Shown: piece by piece, positions 53,171-63,112 of the stretch | Numbering within the stretch: the stretch's first letter is position 1 | Layout of the letters: the number at the start of each line of letters is the position of its first letter | Origin: Nevskia sp. | GTDB taxonomy: Bacteria; Pseudomonadota; Gammaproteobacteria; Nevskiales; Nevskiaceae | Reading direction: 5' to 3' | NCBI GenBank assembly: GCA_030694365.1 | Contig: JAUXYM010000083.1 | Span: forward strand, 1,901-65,900 | DNA: 64,000 nucleotides | Notes under the pieces: model-generated | The model's database searches: none | Seen by the model: only the letters and a program-made list of their open reading frames with translations | Told to the model about the DNA's origin: nothing | Position numbers and translations under genes: made by a program

Positions 53171-54886
53171 TCAATCAATGGGCTGAATCGAGCCAGCGCG
53201 CACCGTGGCACCGAACAGCGTGCGGAAGCTGGCGACCACCGGGTCCTGCTCGATGGCCTTTTCGGCATCGCGCTGGCGGTCGATCAGGCGCTGGTCGTCG
53301 GCGGCGGCCGGATGCAGCACGTCGGGACTGGCGACGACACTGATATCCAGGTTCAGCGGCCCCAGCTTTTCGATCAGCGCGGCCTGCACGGCGAGGCGAC
53401 GCTCGTCGGTCAGCAGATGCCGGGCGCGCGGATCGAGTGCGAAGCGCAAGGATTCGCCATCACGGCTCAGCCAGGCGCAATGGCGGGCGAGCTGGCGAAC
53501 CATGCCATCGAGACCGAGTTCGTCGACCAGACGATGCCAGACCGTGCCCGCCATCGCCGCCGCTGCCGGTGGCGCAGCAGCGGGCGCGACAAAAGCTTCG
53601 ATCGGTGCGGCACGGGTCGCGCTCGGCATCAGGATATGGGCGCTGCGCGGCGGGCTGCTGGCCGGCGGCGGCTCGTTGACCGCGATGCGCGCTGGGAGTG
53701 CGGCGATTCGGGATGTCGCCACCGGAGCAGCTACTGAAACAGACGGCGTTGCAGCGGCAACCGTTCGGCCACCACCACCCGTTGGCACCGCCGAGCCACC
53801 GCCGTCATCGAGCTTCAATGCAAACATGCGCAGCACGCTCATCTCGAAACCGAGGCGCGGGTCCGGCGCATACGGAAGATCACGGCGGCCGAGCACGGCG
53901 ATCTGATACCAGAGTTGCACGTCCTCGACAGCGACCGTCTGCGCCAGCGGTAGCAGGCGCGGGTCGTCGTCTTCATCGCCTGCGTTCGGCAGCAACTGCA
54001 GCATCGCCAGCCGCTGCAGCAGCATCGCCAGATCATTCAGCAACGCGTGGAAATCCGGTGCCGATTCATCGAGCCGGCGCAGTGCCGCGAGCAGGGCCTC
54101 GCCGTCATGGGCGGCCAGCGCTTCGATGACCGCGAACAGGTTGCGACGACCGCCGGTGCCAAGCATGTCCTCGACCGCCAGCGCTTCGAGCTTGGCGCCA
54201 CCGGCAAAGGCCAGCGCCTGGTCGAGCAGCGACAGGCCATCGCGCATCGAACCATCGGCGGCGCGGGCCAGTTCAGCGACGGCAGCGATCTCGAAATCGA
54301 CCGCTTCGTGTTCAAGGATATCGGCGAGGTTGTCGCGGATCAGCGCGACGCTCAGGCGCTTCAGGTTGAACTGCAGGCAACGGCTGAGCACGGTGATCGG
54401 CAGCTTCTGCGGATCCGTTGTGGCGAGGATGAACTTCACATGCGGCGGCGGTTCCTCCAAGGTCTTCAGCAGCGCGTTGAACGCGCCCTTCGACAACATG
54501 TGGACTTCGTCGATCAGGTAGACCTTGTAGCGGCCGCGTGCCGGCGAATACTGGGCGTTGTCGATCAGCTCGCGGATGTTGTCGACACCGGTGTTCGATG
54601 CGGCATCGATTTCCAGCAGATCGACGAAGCGGCCGTCGTTGACTTCCTTGCAGGCCGAACAGACGCCGCAGGGATTGGCGCTGACGCCGGTCTGGCAATT
54701 CAGCCCCTTGGCGATGATGCGGGCGAGCGTGGTCTTGCCGACGCCGCGGGTGCCGGTCAGCAGGATCGCCGGATGCAGGCGATCACCGTCCAGCGCATGC
54801 GTCAGCGCCTTGACCACATGGCCCTGGCCACGCACGTCTTCGAAGCGGCGCGGACGCCATTTGCGCGCAAGCGCGAGATAGCTCAT
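53171..54886 (-). CDS. dnaX: DNA polymerase III gamma/tau subunit
   Basis: LARKWRP, GTRGVGKTT, EIDAAS, DEVHML, SRC; start trimmed to MSYLAL. Confidence 0.97.
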   Translation of the reverse strand: MSYLALARKWRPRRFEDVRGQGHVVKALTHALDGDRLHPAILLTGTRGVGKTTLARIIAKGLNCQTGVSANPCGVCSACKEVNDGRFVDLLEIDAASNTGVDNIRELIDNAQYSPARGRYKVYLIDEVHMLSKGAFNALLKTLEEPPPHVKFILATTDPQKLPITVLSRCLQFNLKRLSVALIRDNLADILEHEAVDFEIAAVAELARAADGSMRDGLSLLDQALAFAGGAKLEALAVEDMLGTGGRRNLFAVIEALAAHDGEALLAALRRLDESAPDFHALLNDLAMLLQRLAMLQLLPNAGDEDDDPRLLPLAQTVAVEDVQLWYQIAVLGRRDLPYAPDPRLGFEMSVLRMFALKLDDGGGSAVPTGGGGRTVAAATPSVSVAAPVATSRIAALPARIAVNEPPPASSPPRSAHILMPSATRAAPIEAFVAPAAAPPAAAAMAGTVWHRLVDELGLDGMVRQLARHCAWLSRDGESLRFALDPRARHLLTDERRLAVQAALIEKLGPLNLDISVVASPDVLHPAAADDQRLIDRQRDAEKAIEQDPVVASFRTLFGATVRAGSIQPID

Positions 54887-54988
54887 GAGAGAGACAGGGT
54901 GGCCAGACGGGAGGCCGCATTGTCGCGGATGAGCGCGGATTGCGCCAAGCGGCCGGCAAGAAGCGGGTCTCACGCAGAGAACGCGGAG

Positions 54989-55160
54989 CTTGATTAGCAA
55001 GCAAGCTCAGCCCATTCGCAAAAAGCCCTTGTCTCTTCGGGACAAGGGTTGGGATGAGGGACTTCCCGGCGAAGGAAGCCCTTTGTTGAGACCCCCAGCC
55101 CCTCTCCCGGAGGGAGAGGGGGACCAAAAAGCTCTTGGCTGAAGTTCACTGCTAGTCAAG
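54989..55160. mobile_element. 172-bp MITE with terminal inverted repeats and 8-bp target duplication
   Basis: Ends CTTGATTAGCA / TGCTAGTCAAG; ACGCGGAG at 54981-54988 and 55161-55168; no transposase. Confidence 0.85.
55025..55122. repeat. Inverted doublet of CCCTCTCCC..GGGAGAGGG-type hairpin repeats inside the MITE
   Basis: GCCCTTGTCTCTTCGGGACAAGGGTTGGGATGAGGG and CCCCCAGCCCCTCTCCCGGAGGGAGAGGGG in opposite orientation. Confidence 0.7.
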
Positions 55161-55301
55161 ACGCGGAGATACACAGAGAGGATCAAAAGCTTTATCAAGT
55201 TTTCCGCTTTTCTCTGCGTATCTCCGCGTTCTCTGCGTGAGATCGCTTTGAGCTTCAATGCCGCTTCGGCGACCGCGTAAACTCCGCCATCCCGCGCAGG
55301 A

Positions 55302-56303
55302 GTGTTCCCCTTGAGCCACCCGCTACCCGCCCCGCTCGCCCCCGGTCATGCCCTGGTCACCGGCGGCGCCGGCTTCATCGGCAGTCATCTGGTCGACGGT
55401 CTGCTTGGCGACGGCTGGCAGGTGACGGTGATCGATAACTTCGATCCCTACTACCCGGCCAGCATCAAGCGCCGGCATATTGCCGCCCATCTCGATCACC
55501 CGGCCTACCGGCTGGTCGAGGCCGATATCCGTGACGGTGCCAAGCTGAATTCATTGCTGAACGGCCAGTACACGACGATCGTCCATCTGGCCGCCAAGGC
55601 TGGCGTGCGCAACTCGCTGAGCGATCCGCTCGGCTACCAGATGACCAATGTCATCGGCACCCAGAATCTGCTGAGCTTCGCCGATCAGCGCGGCATCAAG
55701 CCGTTCGTGTTCGGCTCTTCATCGAGCGTCTACGGCAACTGCCCGCGCCTGCCATGGAGCGAGACCGACCTCGGCCTGCTGCCGATCAACCCCTATGCGT
55801 CGAGCAAGCTCGCCAATGAGCAGATGGGCTATGTCTACGCCCAGACCTTCGGCCTGCGCTTCGTCGCCCTGCGCTTCTTCACCGTGTTCGGCGAACGCCA
55901 GCGGCCGGACCTGGCGATCCACAAGTTCGCGCGGCTGATGCTCGATGGCAAGACCATCCCGGTCTATGGCGATGGCTCGTCCGAGCGTGACTTCACCTAC
56001 TGGGGCGACATCGTCGCCGGCGTGCGCGCGGCGATGGCCTTTGCGGCCGACCCGGCCTGCGCGAACTACGAAGTGTTCAACCTCGGCAACAACCGGACGA
56101 TCGGCTTGCTGCCGATGATCCACAAGCTCGAAGCGGTGCTGAACGTCAAGGCGAACATCGACTGGCAGGACTGGCAGCCGGGCGAGATGCGCGCTACCCA
56201 CGCCGACATCGCCAAGTCACAGGCGCTGCTCGGCTACCAGCCGGCGACCGATTTCGATACCGGCCTTGCCCGCTTCGCGAGCTGGCTGGCGCTGCAGCCG
56301 TAG
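55302..56303 (+). CDS. NAD-dependent epimerase, UDP-glucuronate 4-epimerase-like
   Basis: TGGAGFIG, HLAAKAGVR, SSSSVYG, YASSK, LRFFTV.G..QRPDLA. Confidence 0.88.
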   Translation: MFPLSHPLPAPLAPGHALVTGGAGFIGSHLVDGLLGDGWQVTVIDNFDPYYPASIKRRHIAAHLDHPAYRLVEADIRDGAKLNSLLNGQYTTIVHLAAKAGVRNSLSDPLGYQMTNVIGTQNLLSFADQRGIKPFVFGSSSSVYGNCPRLPWSETDLGLLPINPYASSKLANEQMGYVYAQTFGLRFVALRFFTVFGERQRPDLAIHKFARLMLDGKTIPVYGDGSSERDFTYWGDIVAGVRAAMAFAADPACANYEVFNLGNNRTIGLLPMIHKLEAVLNVKANIDWQDWQPGEMRATHADIAKSQALLGYQPATDFDTGLARFASWLALQP

Positions 56304-56401
56304 GGTGGGCAGGTTTCATCTGCCCACGCGGGTGCCCGAACCAGCGCAAGAGTCTGGCGGTCGCGAATCGGTGGGCAGATGAAGCTTGCCCACCCTACGG
56401 C
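56297..56401. repeat. GTAG-family REP doublet (REPIN)
   Basis: 31-bp GCCGTAGGGTGGGCAGGTTTCATCTGCCCAC and inverted copy at 56371-56401 with two mismatches; each has an internal hairpin. Confidence 0.88.
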
Positions 56402-57320
56402 GTGGCTGCTGAACCTCGCGGTCGTCGGCGCGTTCGCGTTTGCCGTCGAGCATTTCTGGGGCTGGTCCAGGCTGCTGGCACCTTGGTCGCAGATCGCGCC
56501 GCTGACCCTGGCACTGGCGATCGCCGGCATGCTCGCCAGCTACGCGCTGCGCGGCACCCGCATCTATCTCGCCGAGGCGCAGATTCCGCGTGGTGCCTGG
56601 TTCGCCTGCCTGCGGCTGATCCTGATCAACAACGCGCTGAACCTGATCCTGCCGGCGCGCGCCGGCGAGGTCAGTTTCCCGGTGCTGATGCGGCGCTGGT
56701 TCGGCATCGATGCGACGCAAGCCGCCGGCACTCTGATCTGGCTGCGGCTGCTCGATCTGCATGTGCTGGCCACGGTCGCCGCCGCTTGTGCGGCCAGCGG
56801 CTGGCTGCTGCGGGTGCAGGGCTTGTCGACCCTGGCCTGGCTCGGCGCAGCGCTTGCAGCCCTTGCGCCGCTCGCGGTCTACGCGCTGCGCGAGCCGCTG
56901 CAGACGAAGCTGGCACGGCGCAGCGGCAAGCTCGCTGGTTTCGCAGCGAAAGCACTATCCGGCCTGCCCAAGCAGACCTCGGGGCTGGCGCTCGATCTGG
57001 TCCTGACCTGGGCGGCGTGGAGCGTGAAGCTGCTGGCGCTCGGCGTCGTGCTCGGTCTGCTGGCGCAGCTGTCGCCGCTGCTCGGCACTCTGGGCGCGAT
57101 CGGTGGCGATCTGTCGACTGTGCTGCCGCTGCACGCGCCCGGCGGCTTCGGCACCTACGAGGCCGGCGTGATGGCGCTGCTGGTGCCAGCGTCTGCTGCC
57201 AGCGAACTGGGCGTCTTGCTGGCCGCGGCCGTCAACCTGCATCTGCTGGTGCTGACCACGGCACTGATCGCCGGGGCACTGGCCTGGCTGGGTGGCGCTC
57301 CGCCATCGCGACCGGAATGA
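56379..57320 (+). CDS. LPG-synthase-TM / flippase-like membrane protein
   Basis: Polytopic; NLILPARAGE and PGGFGTYEAG motifs. Confidence 0.85.
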   Translation: MKLAHPTAWLLNLAVVGAFAFAVEHFWGWSRLLAPWSQIAPLTLALAIAGMLASYALRGTRIYLAEAQIPRGAWFACLRLILINNALNLILPARAGEVSFPVLMRRWFGIDATQAAGTLIWLRLLDLHVLATVAAACAASGWLLRVQGLSTLAWLGAALAALAPLAVYALREPLQTKLARRSGKLAGFAAKALSGLPKQTSGLALDLVLTWAAWSVKLLALGVVLGLLAQLSPLLGTLGAIGGDLSTVLPLHAPGGFGTYEAGVMALLVPASAASELGVLLAAAVNLHLLVLTTALIAGALAWLGGAPPSRPE

Positions 57321-57356
57321 CGGAAGCCCGATGCTAGACTTTGGGTCCTGTCTTCC

Positions 57357-58436
57357 ATGAGTTGCAACGTGACGGAAAGCCTGCCGCCGAGTTCCAGTCT
57401 TCAAAGCTGGCCCAGCCTGTCGATCGTGATCCCGATGTACCGGGAGCAGGACAACGTCGCGCCGATGCTGGCCCGCGTCCATGAAGGCCTTAGCCAATAT
57501 GCCGGCCCCTGGGAGCTGATCTGCGTCGACGACGGCAGCCTCGACGAAACCGGCAAGCGTCTGATCAGCGAAGGCGCGAAGTACGGCTCGCACGTCCGGG
57601 TCATCCGTTTTGCCCGCAACAACGGCCAGACCACGGCGATGCAGGCCGGCATCGATGCCGCGCGTGGTGACGTCATCGCCACCCTCGACGGCGATCTGCA
57701 GAACGATCCGGCCGATATCCCGCAGATGGTCGCCGAGATGTACGAGCGCGACCTCGACCTGCTGACCGGCTACCGCGCCAATCGCCAGGACGCCTGGATG
57801 AGCCGCAAGCTGCCGTCGAAGCTGGCCAACAAGCTGATCGCAAGAGTTACCGGCGTGAAGATTCGCGACTACGGCTGCTCGCTGAAGGTCTACCGCGCGA
57901 CGGTGATCAAGCAGGTGCGCCTGTACGGCGAGATGCACCGCTTCATCCCGGTCTGGGCGGCGATGGTGACCAGCCCGACGCGGATCGGCGAAACGCCGGT
58001 GGGTCATGCTGCGCGCCAGTTCGGTGAGAGCAAGTACGGCATTTCGCGGACTTTCCGCGTCGTGCTCGATCTACTGACCGTGTTCTTCTTCCTGCGCTTC
58101 CGCGCCCGGCCTGGCCACTTCTTCGGCTCGATCGGTCTGGCGCTCGGCTTCGTGGGAAGTGCTGCGATGACCTGGCTCGGCGTGGTCAAGTTCGTGCTCG
58201 GCGAATCGATCGGCGGCCGTCCTCTGTTTCTGATCGCCGTGCTGCTGCTGGTCTTCTCGATCCAGTTCCTGACCACCGGGTTGATCGCGGAAATGCTGTC
58301 CCGGGTGTTCTATCAGCGCACTGAAGGCCCGCTGACCATCGCCAACGGCGCGGTATCGGACGCTGCCAGCAGTTGGGCGCAACTGCCGGTTGCCGCGCGG
58401 CTCCGCATCGACGAGGCAGACCGCAATCGTGCTTGA
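57357..58436 (+). CDS. GT2 polyprenyl-phosphate glycosyltransferase (ArnC/RgtE-like)
   Basis: VDDGS, NGQTTAMQAG, DGDLQNDP, DYGCSLK, GEMHRFIP, SKYG; two C-terminal TMs. Confidence 0.92.
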   Translation: MSCNVTESLPPSSSLQSWPSLSIVIPMYREQDNVAPMLARVHEGLSQYAGPWELICVDDGSLDETGKRLISEGAKYGSHVRVIRFARNNGQTTAMQAGIDAARGDVIATLDGDLQNDPADIPQMVAEMYERDLDLLTGYRANRQDAWMSRKLPSKLANKLIARVTGVKIRDYGCSLKVYRATVIKQVRLYGEMHRFIPVWAAMVTSPTRIGETPVGHAARQFGESKYGISRTFRVVLDLLTVFFFLRFRARPGHFFGSIGLALGFVGSAAMTWLGVVKFVLGESIGGRPLFLIAVLLLVFSIQFLTTGLIAEMLSRVFYQRTEGPLTIANGAVSDAASSWAQLPVAARLRIDEADRNRA

Positions 58437-60000
58437 GACGGAACGGCTGTCGGCTGCGCATCTGGGGTTTCTGTTCGCGGCGGTGCTGCTCGGCTTCTGG
58501 TCGAACCTGTGGGCGGTGCCCCTGTTCGATCTCGACGAAGGCGCGTTCAGCCAGGCCACGCGCGAGATGCTTGCCAGCGGCCAGTGGCTGATCACCACGC
58601 TGAATGGCGAACCGCGTTACGACAAGCCGATCCTAATCTATTGGGCACAAGCGGCTTCGGTGAGCCTGTTCGGCGTCAACGAGCTGGGCTTCCGCTTCCC
58701 GTCGGCGCTGTGCGCGACGATCTGGATGCTGGTGGTGTTCCGCGCCAGCTTCGTGCTGACCCAGAGCCGTAATGCCGCGCTGCTCGCCGGCGGTGCGGTG
58801 GCCTTGACCGTGACGTCCAGCGTCATCGGCCACGCAGCGATTGCCGACGCGATGCTGAACCTGTGGATCGCCCTGGCCATGCTCGGCATCTACCAGCACT
58901 GGCTGGAACCGACGCGCGGCAAGCTGCTGCGTATCTACCTGTGGATGGGCTTGGGCTTTCTGACCAAGGGGCCGATCGCGGTGGCGCTGCCGGTGATTGT
59001 CTCCGCCGTGTTCTACCTGAGCCAGCGCCAGCCGCTGCGCTGGCTCGCCGCCGTGTTCGATCCCTACGGCTGGCTGGTGTTCCTGGCCGTGGTCGCACTG
59101 TGGATGGCGCCACTCGCCATGACCGGCCAGACCGATTTCTTCTTCCACTTCCTGTTCGAGCACAACCTGAGCCGCTACGGCAGCACCATGCAGGGTCACG
59201 GCGGCAAGCTCTGGTACTACGCCGCCGCGCTGCCGCTGATCGTGCTGCCGTTCACCGCCCTGCTGCCCGGTGTCTTCGCGCGGCTGCGCAAGCCTGATCC
59301 GCTCGACCTCTTCCTGCTGCTGTGGTTCGGCTTCGTGTTCCTGTTCTTCTCGTTCTCGGGCACCCAACTGCCGCATTACCTGCTGTACGGCTGCACGCCG
59401 CTGTTCGTGCTGTTCGGCCGCGCCTGGGACCGCCTGCCGGCGAAGTTCTGGACGCTGCTGCCGGTGCTGCTGTTCGCAGCACTCCTGGCCAGCCTGCCCT
59501 GGGTGCTGCCGATGATCCCGCCCGACAGCGATCGCCCCTACGAAGCCGGCATCGTGTCGCTGGCGGCGCGTTCGTTCGGGCTCGACTACACGATCCTCAG
59601 CGGCGCGGTGCTGGTCGCGATGCTGGTGCTGCTGTTCCGGCGCCGGACGGCCGCCTGGCAGGCCTTGCTCGGCTCGGGCCTGTTGCTGGCGATGCTGGTC
59701 TGGTTCGGCGTCATCCCGGTGCTCGCCGCCGCTCAACAGCTGCCGGTGCGGGAAGCGGCGCTGCGGGCCAAGGAACTGGGCACGCCGACGGTCAGCTACC
59801 GCACCTTCCTGCCGACCTTCAGCGTCTACCGCGGCGCGATCACCCCGAACCGCCTGCCCGAACCCGGCGAACTGGTGTTCGTGAAGCTGGACCGGATTCC
59901 GGACCTGCAACGCGAACTGGGCGCCAGCGTGACCCTGATTCCGGAGTTCAAGAAGGGTGGCGTGGCGCTGCTGCTGCGACAGGGCGAAGGCAACCGCTGA
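58429..60000 (+). CDS. ArnT/PMT family (GT-C) glycosyltransferase
   Basis: FDLDEG, YDKPILIYW, RFPSA, LTKGP, LPHY; GTG start overlapping GT2 stop. Confidence 0.92.
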   Translation: MLETERLSAAHLGFLFAAVLLGFWSNLWAVPLFDLDEGAFSQATREMLASGQWLITTLNGEPRYDKPILIYWAQAASVSLFGVNELGFRFPSALCATIWMLVVFRASFVLTQSRNAALLAGGAVALTVTSSVIGHAAIADAMLNLWIALAMLGIYQHWLEPTRGKLLRIYLWMGLGFLTKGPIAVALPVIVSAVFYLSQRQPLRWLAAVFDPYGWLVFLAVVALWMAPLAMTGQTDFFFHFLFEHNLSRYGSTMQGHGGKLWYYAAALPLIVLPFTALLPGVFARLRKPDPLDLFLLLWFGFVFLFFSFSGTQLPHYLLYGCTPLFVLFGRAWDRLPAKFWTLLPVLLFAALLASLPWVLPMIPPDSDRPYEAGIVSLAARSFGLDYTILSGAVLVAMLVLLFRRRTAAWQALLGSGLLLAMLVWFGVIPVLAAAQQLPVREAALRAKELGTPTVSYRTFLPTFSVYRGAITPNRLPEPGELVFVKLDRIPDLQRELGASVTLIPEFKKGGVALLLRQGEGNR

Positions 60001-60030
60001 GATCACCCATTCGATGTTTTCGTCGATACG

Positions 60031-60489
60031 ATGATTGCTTGGCGAAAATTTTGGCGACGCCTGCTTGGGATCGTGATCGCCGTGGCTGCAATCTGCGTGC
60101 TGGTCATGCTTGGCGGCTTCTATTTTCTGGTGTCCACGGCCTGCATCAATGAACCGCTTCAGGAAATTTCATCGCCTGCCGGACTCCTTCGGATCGTGGT
60201 TTTTCAGCGCGATTGCGGTGCGACCACCGGCTTCTCGACGCAGGCTTCGCTGTTGTCCGCCGGCCAGTCCTTGAGTGATAGGGGCGGCAATCTCTTTGTT
60301 GCGGACACCAATCACGGTGCTGCCCCTTCTGGCTCTCACGGCGGCCCAATTGTTGAGGTGGTCTGGCTAGATGCGGCGCACCTCCGACTGACACATCACC
60401 CGCGAGCAAGAGTCTTTCTGGCAGTGCCGGAAGTCGGCGGCGTGCGCGCAGAATTTGTGGGGGCCGTCGATCAGCAGAATCGAAGGTGA
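60031..60489 (+). CDS. Membrane-anchored hypothetical protein (DUF5412-like)
   Basis: N-terminal TM; SP..RIVVFQRDCGATTGFSTQ motif. Confidence 0.65.
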   Translation: MIAWRKFWRRLLGIVIAVAAICVLVMLGGFYFLVSTACINEPLQEISSPAGLLRIVVFQRDCGATTGFSTQASLLSAGQSLSDRGGNLFVADTNHGAAPSGSHGGPIVEVVWLDAAHLRLTHHPRARVFLAVPEVGGVRAEFVGAVDQQNRR

Positions 60490-60540
60490 GGCGGCTATTC
60501 AGCGATTAGCAATTTCGTCGGGCCTTGCGCCGTCCTCTAC

Positions 60541-60954
60541 TCAGTCGAGAAACACATCCGCCGATACCCTGAACCGCTTCGCCAACGCCGCGATCTGCCG
60601 CGCGTTCAGGCTGCGCTTGCCGGACAACACCTCGGAAACCACGCCTTGCGTACCGATTTCCGGAACCTCGGACTGCTTGAGCCCTTGCTCGGCCATCAGA
60701 GAGCGGAGGAACTCGCGGCCATTCATTACCGGGACCGGATGGGCGCGTGATTCCCAGCTTTCGATCTCCTGCGCCAGCCAGCGAATGCCGGCATGCAGCG
60801 GATGCCGATCAGCGCCGCGCACTTCGTCGATCATCGCTTCGATCAGCGCCAGCGCATGATCGTACTGCCCCTCATCGGCAATCTCGGAAAAGCCGACGGC
60901 TCGCTCGAGTCCGGCCCAGGCCGCCTTCACTTTCGATACGTTCAGGGCTTCCAT
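60541..60954 (-). CDS. higA: HigA-type antitoxin (HTH-XRE)
   Basis: [28 protein letters not shown]; follows HigB. Confidence 0.9.
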   Translation of the reverse strand: MEALNVSKVKAAWAGLERAVGFSEIADEGQYDHALALIEAMIDEVRGADRHPLHAGIRWLAQEIESWESRAHPVPVMNGREFLRSLMAEQGLKQSEVPEIGTQGVVSEVLSGKRSLNARQIAALAKRFRVSADVFLD

Positions 60955-61223
60955 CGGTCGTACTCCTTGTGGGTCAGGACCTGCTTGATGAACACGGTCT
61001 GCGATGCGAACACCACATCGACGATCAGGCGGTACTTGTTGCCGCCGATGTCGAACACGACATAACCGTTGACCCAGTCCGCGCCGGCGAACGCCGCTTT
61101 CAGATCCGCGAAACTGCTGAATCGGCCCTTGACCATCTGGGTATGCCAGCGCGTCAGCGGCATTTCGGCAGCAGAATTCGCGGCCCAGAACTGGCGCAGC
61201 GTTCTTTTTGCGATGACGTGCAT
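60942..61223 (-). CDS. higB: HigB-type toxin
   Basis: [27 protein letters not shown]. Confidence 0.92.
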   Translation of the reverse strand: MHVIAKRTLRQFWAANSAAEMPLTRWHTQMVKGRFSSFADLKAAFAGADWVNGYVVFDIGGNKYRLIVDVVFASQTVFIKQVLTHKEYDRWKP

Positions 61224-61240
61224 GGTCATTCCGCTAAATT

Positions 61241-61255
61241 ATCTCAATTTGAGAT
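61241..61255. promoter_or_regulatory. Putative HigA operator
   Basis: Perfect ATCTCAA-T-TTGAGAT palindrome just upstream of higB. Confidence 0.6.
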
Positions 61256-61380
61256 TATTGGCAATGGCGGAAAGCCGACCCGATCAACTCGGCGAGCGGT
61301 GGCGGGCATGGCCCGCGTCCGACCGGGACGTCAAAACGAAAACGGCTCGCACAGGCGTGCCGCATCGATGCAACTGAAAA

Positions 61381-61489
<109 letters not shown>

Positions 61490-61661
61490 GGTGGCGATTG
61501 TCCCCTCTGTGGCCGTGAACCTCAAGCATAATTTCTGCATGGGATTTCGCGGTACCCGGGCATCGCGGCTGATACAGCCTGCTTTGTTTACATCGGCCGC
61601 ACCTCGACCTGTTGCATGCTCACCGCCGCGACACCGAACCTCACCACAAAGACCCGAACTC

Positions 61662-63017
61662 ATGACCCTGCGCCTGCCCTGCTTCAAGGCCTACGACATC
61701 CGTGGCCGCGTTCCCGATGAACTGAATGTCGACGTTGCCTATCGCCTCGGCCTCGCCTATGCCGCCGCTTTCAAGCCGAAGCGTGTCGCACTGGGTCGCG
61801 ACGTGCGCCTGTCCAGCGCTGAACTGCTCAATGCGCTGGCTCACGGCCTGGTCGAAGGCGGCGTCGAAGTGGTCGACATCGGCCTCGGCGGCACCGAGGA
61901 GGTCTACTTCGCGTCGTTCCAGCCGGGCATCGACGGCGGCATCATGGTCACCGCCAGCCACAACCCGATGGACTACAACGGCATGAAGCTGGTCAAGGGC
62001 GGCGCGATCCCGATCTCCGGCGACACCGGCCTGCGCGCACTCGAAGAAGCCACTGCCGCATCGACCGCGACGGCACCGACCGGTATCGCGGCGCGCACGC
62101 TGCACGACTATCGGCCGGACTACGTCAAGCATCTGCTCGGCTATGTCGATCCGAAGGCTCTGAAGCCGCTGAAGATCGTCGTCGACGCCGGCAACGGCTC
62201 GGCCGGCCTGGTCATCGATGCACTGGAGCCGCATCTGCCGTTCGAGTTCATCAAGATCCATCACGAGCCGGATGGCACCTTCCCGAATGGCATCCCCAAC
62301 CCGCTGCTGCCGGAGATGCGCTCGGCGACCTCGGCGGCGGTGATCGAGCATCAGGCCGATTTCGGCGTGGCCTGGGACGGCGATTTCGACCGCTGCTTCC
62401 TGTTCGACGAAAAGGGCGGCTTCATCGAGGGCTATTACATCGTGGGTCTCCTGGCCGAAGCGATGCTGAAGCTGGAAGCTGGCGCGAAGATCATTCACGA
62501 CCCGCGCCTGACCTGGAACACCGTCGACATGGTGACGGTGGCCGGCGGACGGCCGATCCAGTCGAAGACCGGCCACGCCTTCATCAAGGAGCGCATGCGC
62601 CTGGAGAACGCGATCTACGGCGGCGAGATGAGCGCCCATCACTACTTCCGCGATTTCGCCTATTGCGACAACGGCAACATCCCGTGGCTGCTGGTCGCCG
62701 GCCTGATTTCGGCAAGCGGCATGACCTTGTCGCAACTGGTGGAAGACCGCCAGGCGAAGTTCCCAGCCTCGGGCGAGATCAACCGCAAGGTGGCGGACGT
62801 GAAGGGCACGATCGCCAAGGTCGAGGCGAAGTACGCCACCGGCGACGCCAAGGTCGAGAAGGTCGATGGCCTGTCGGTGGAGTTCGCCGAGTGGCGCTTC
62901 AACCTCAGAGGCTCGAACACCGAACCGGTGCTGCGTCTGAATGTAGAATCGCGCGCCGACCCGGGGCTGATGGAAGCCAAGACTGCCGAGCTTCTGGCGC
63001 TGATCGACGCAACCTGA
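61662..63017 (+). CDS. manB: Phosphomannomutase/phosphoglucomutase
   Basis: [33 protein letters not shown]; start ATG 61662. Confidence 0.95.
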   Translation: MTLRLPCFKAYDIRGRVPDELNVDVAYRLGLAYAAAFKPKRVALGRDVRLSSAELLNALAHGLVEGGVEVVDIGLGGTEEVYFASFQPGIDGGIMVTASHNPMDYNGMKLVKGGAIPISGDTGLRALEEATAASTATAPTGIAARTLHDYRPDYVKHLLGYVDPKALKPLKIVVDAGNGSAGLVIDALEPHLPFEFIKIHHEPDGTFPNGIPNPLLPEMRSATSAAVIEHQADFGVAWDGDFDRCFLFDEKGGFIEGYYIVGLLAEAMLKLEAGAKIIHDPRLTWNTVDMVTVAGGRPIQSKTGHAFIKERMRLENAIYGGEMSAHHYFRDFAYCDNGNIPWLLVAGLISASGMTLSQLVEDRQAKFPASGEINRKVADVKGTIAKVEAKYATGDAKVEKVDGLSVEFAEWRFNLRGSNTEPVLRLNVESRADPGLMEAKTAELLALIDAT

Positions 63018-63112
63018 CCGAAACCACCCGCCATCCTTGACCAAGACCGCCCGCGCCACATCCCCTAGCCGTCCTCGCGACGCGAGCAACGGCGGTCTTC
63101 GTTGAGTCCCCT

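Larger units (their letters stand above)
54968..55242. repeat. Palindromic element family A, copy 3, interrupted by a MITE
   Basis: Removing the insert restores a 32-bp inverted arm TCTCACGCAGAGAACGCGGAGATAC(A/G)CAGAGA. Confidence 0.88.

Noticed and set aside
53171-54886. Programmed frameshift producing DnaX gamma
   Set aside because: No AAAAAAG slippery site seen on the coding strand
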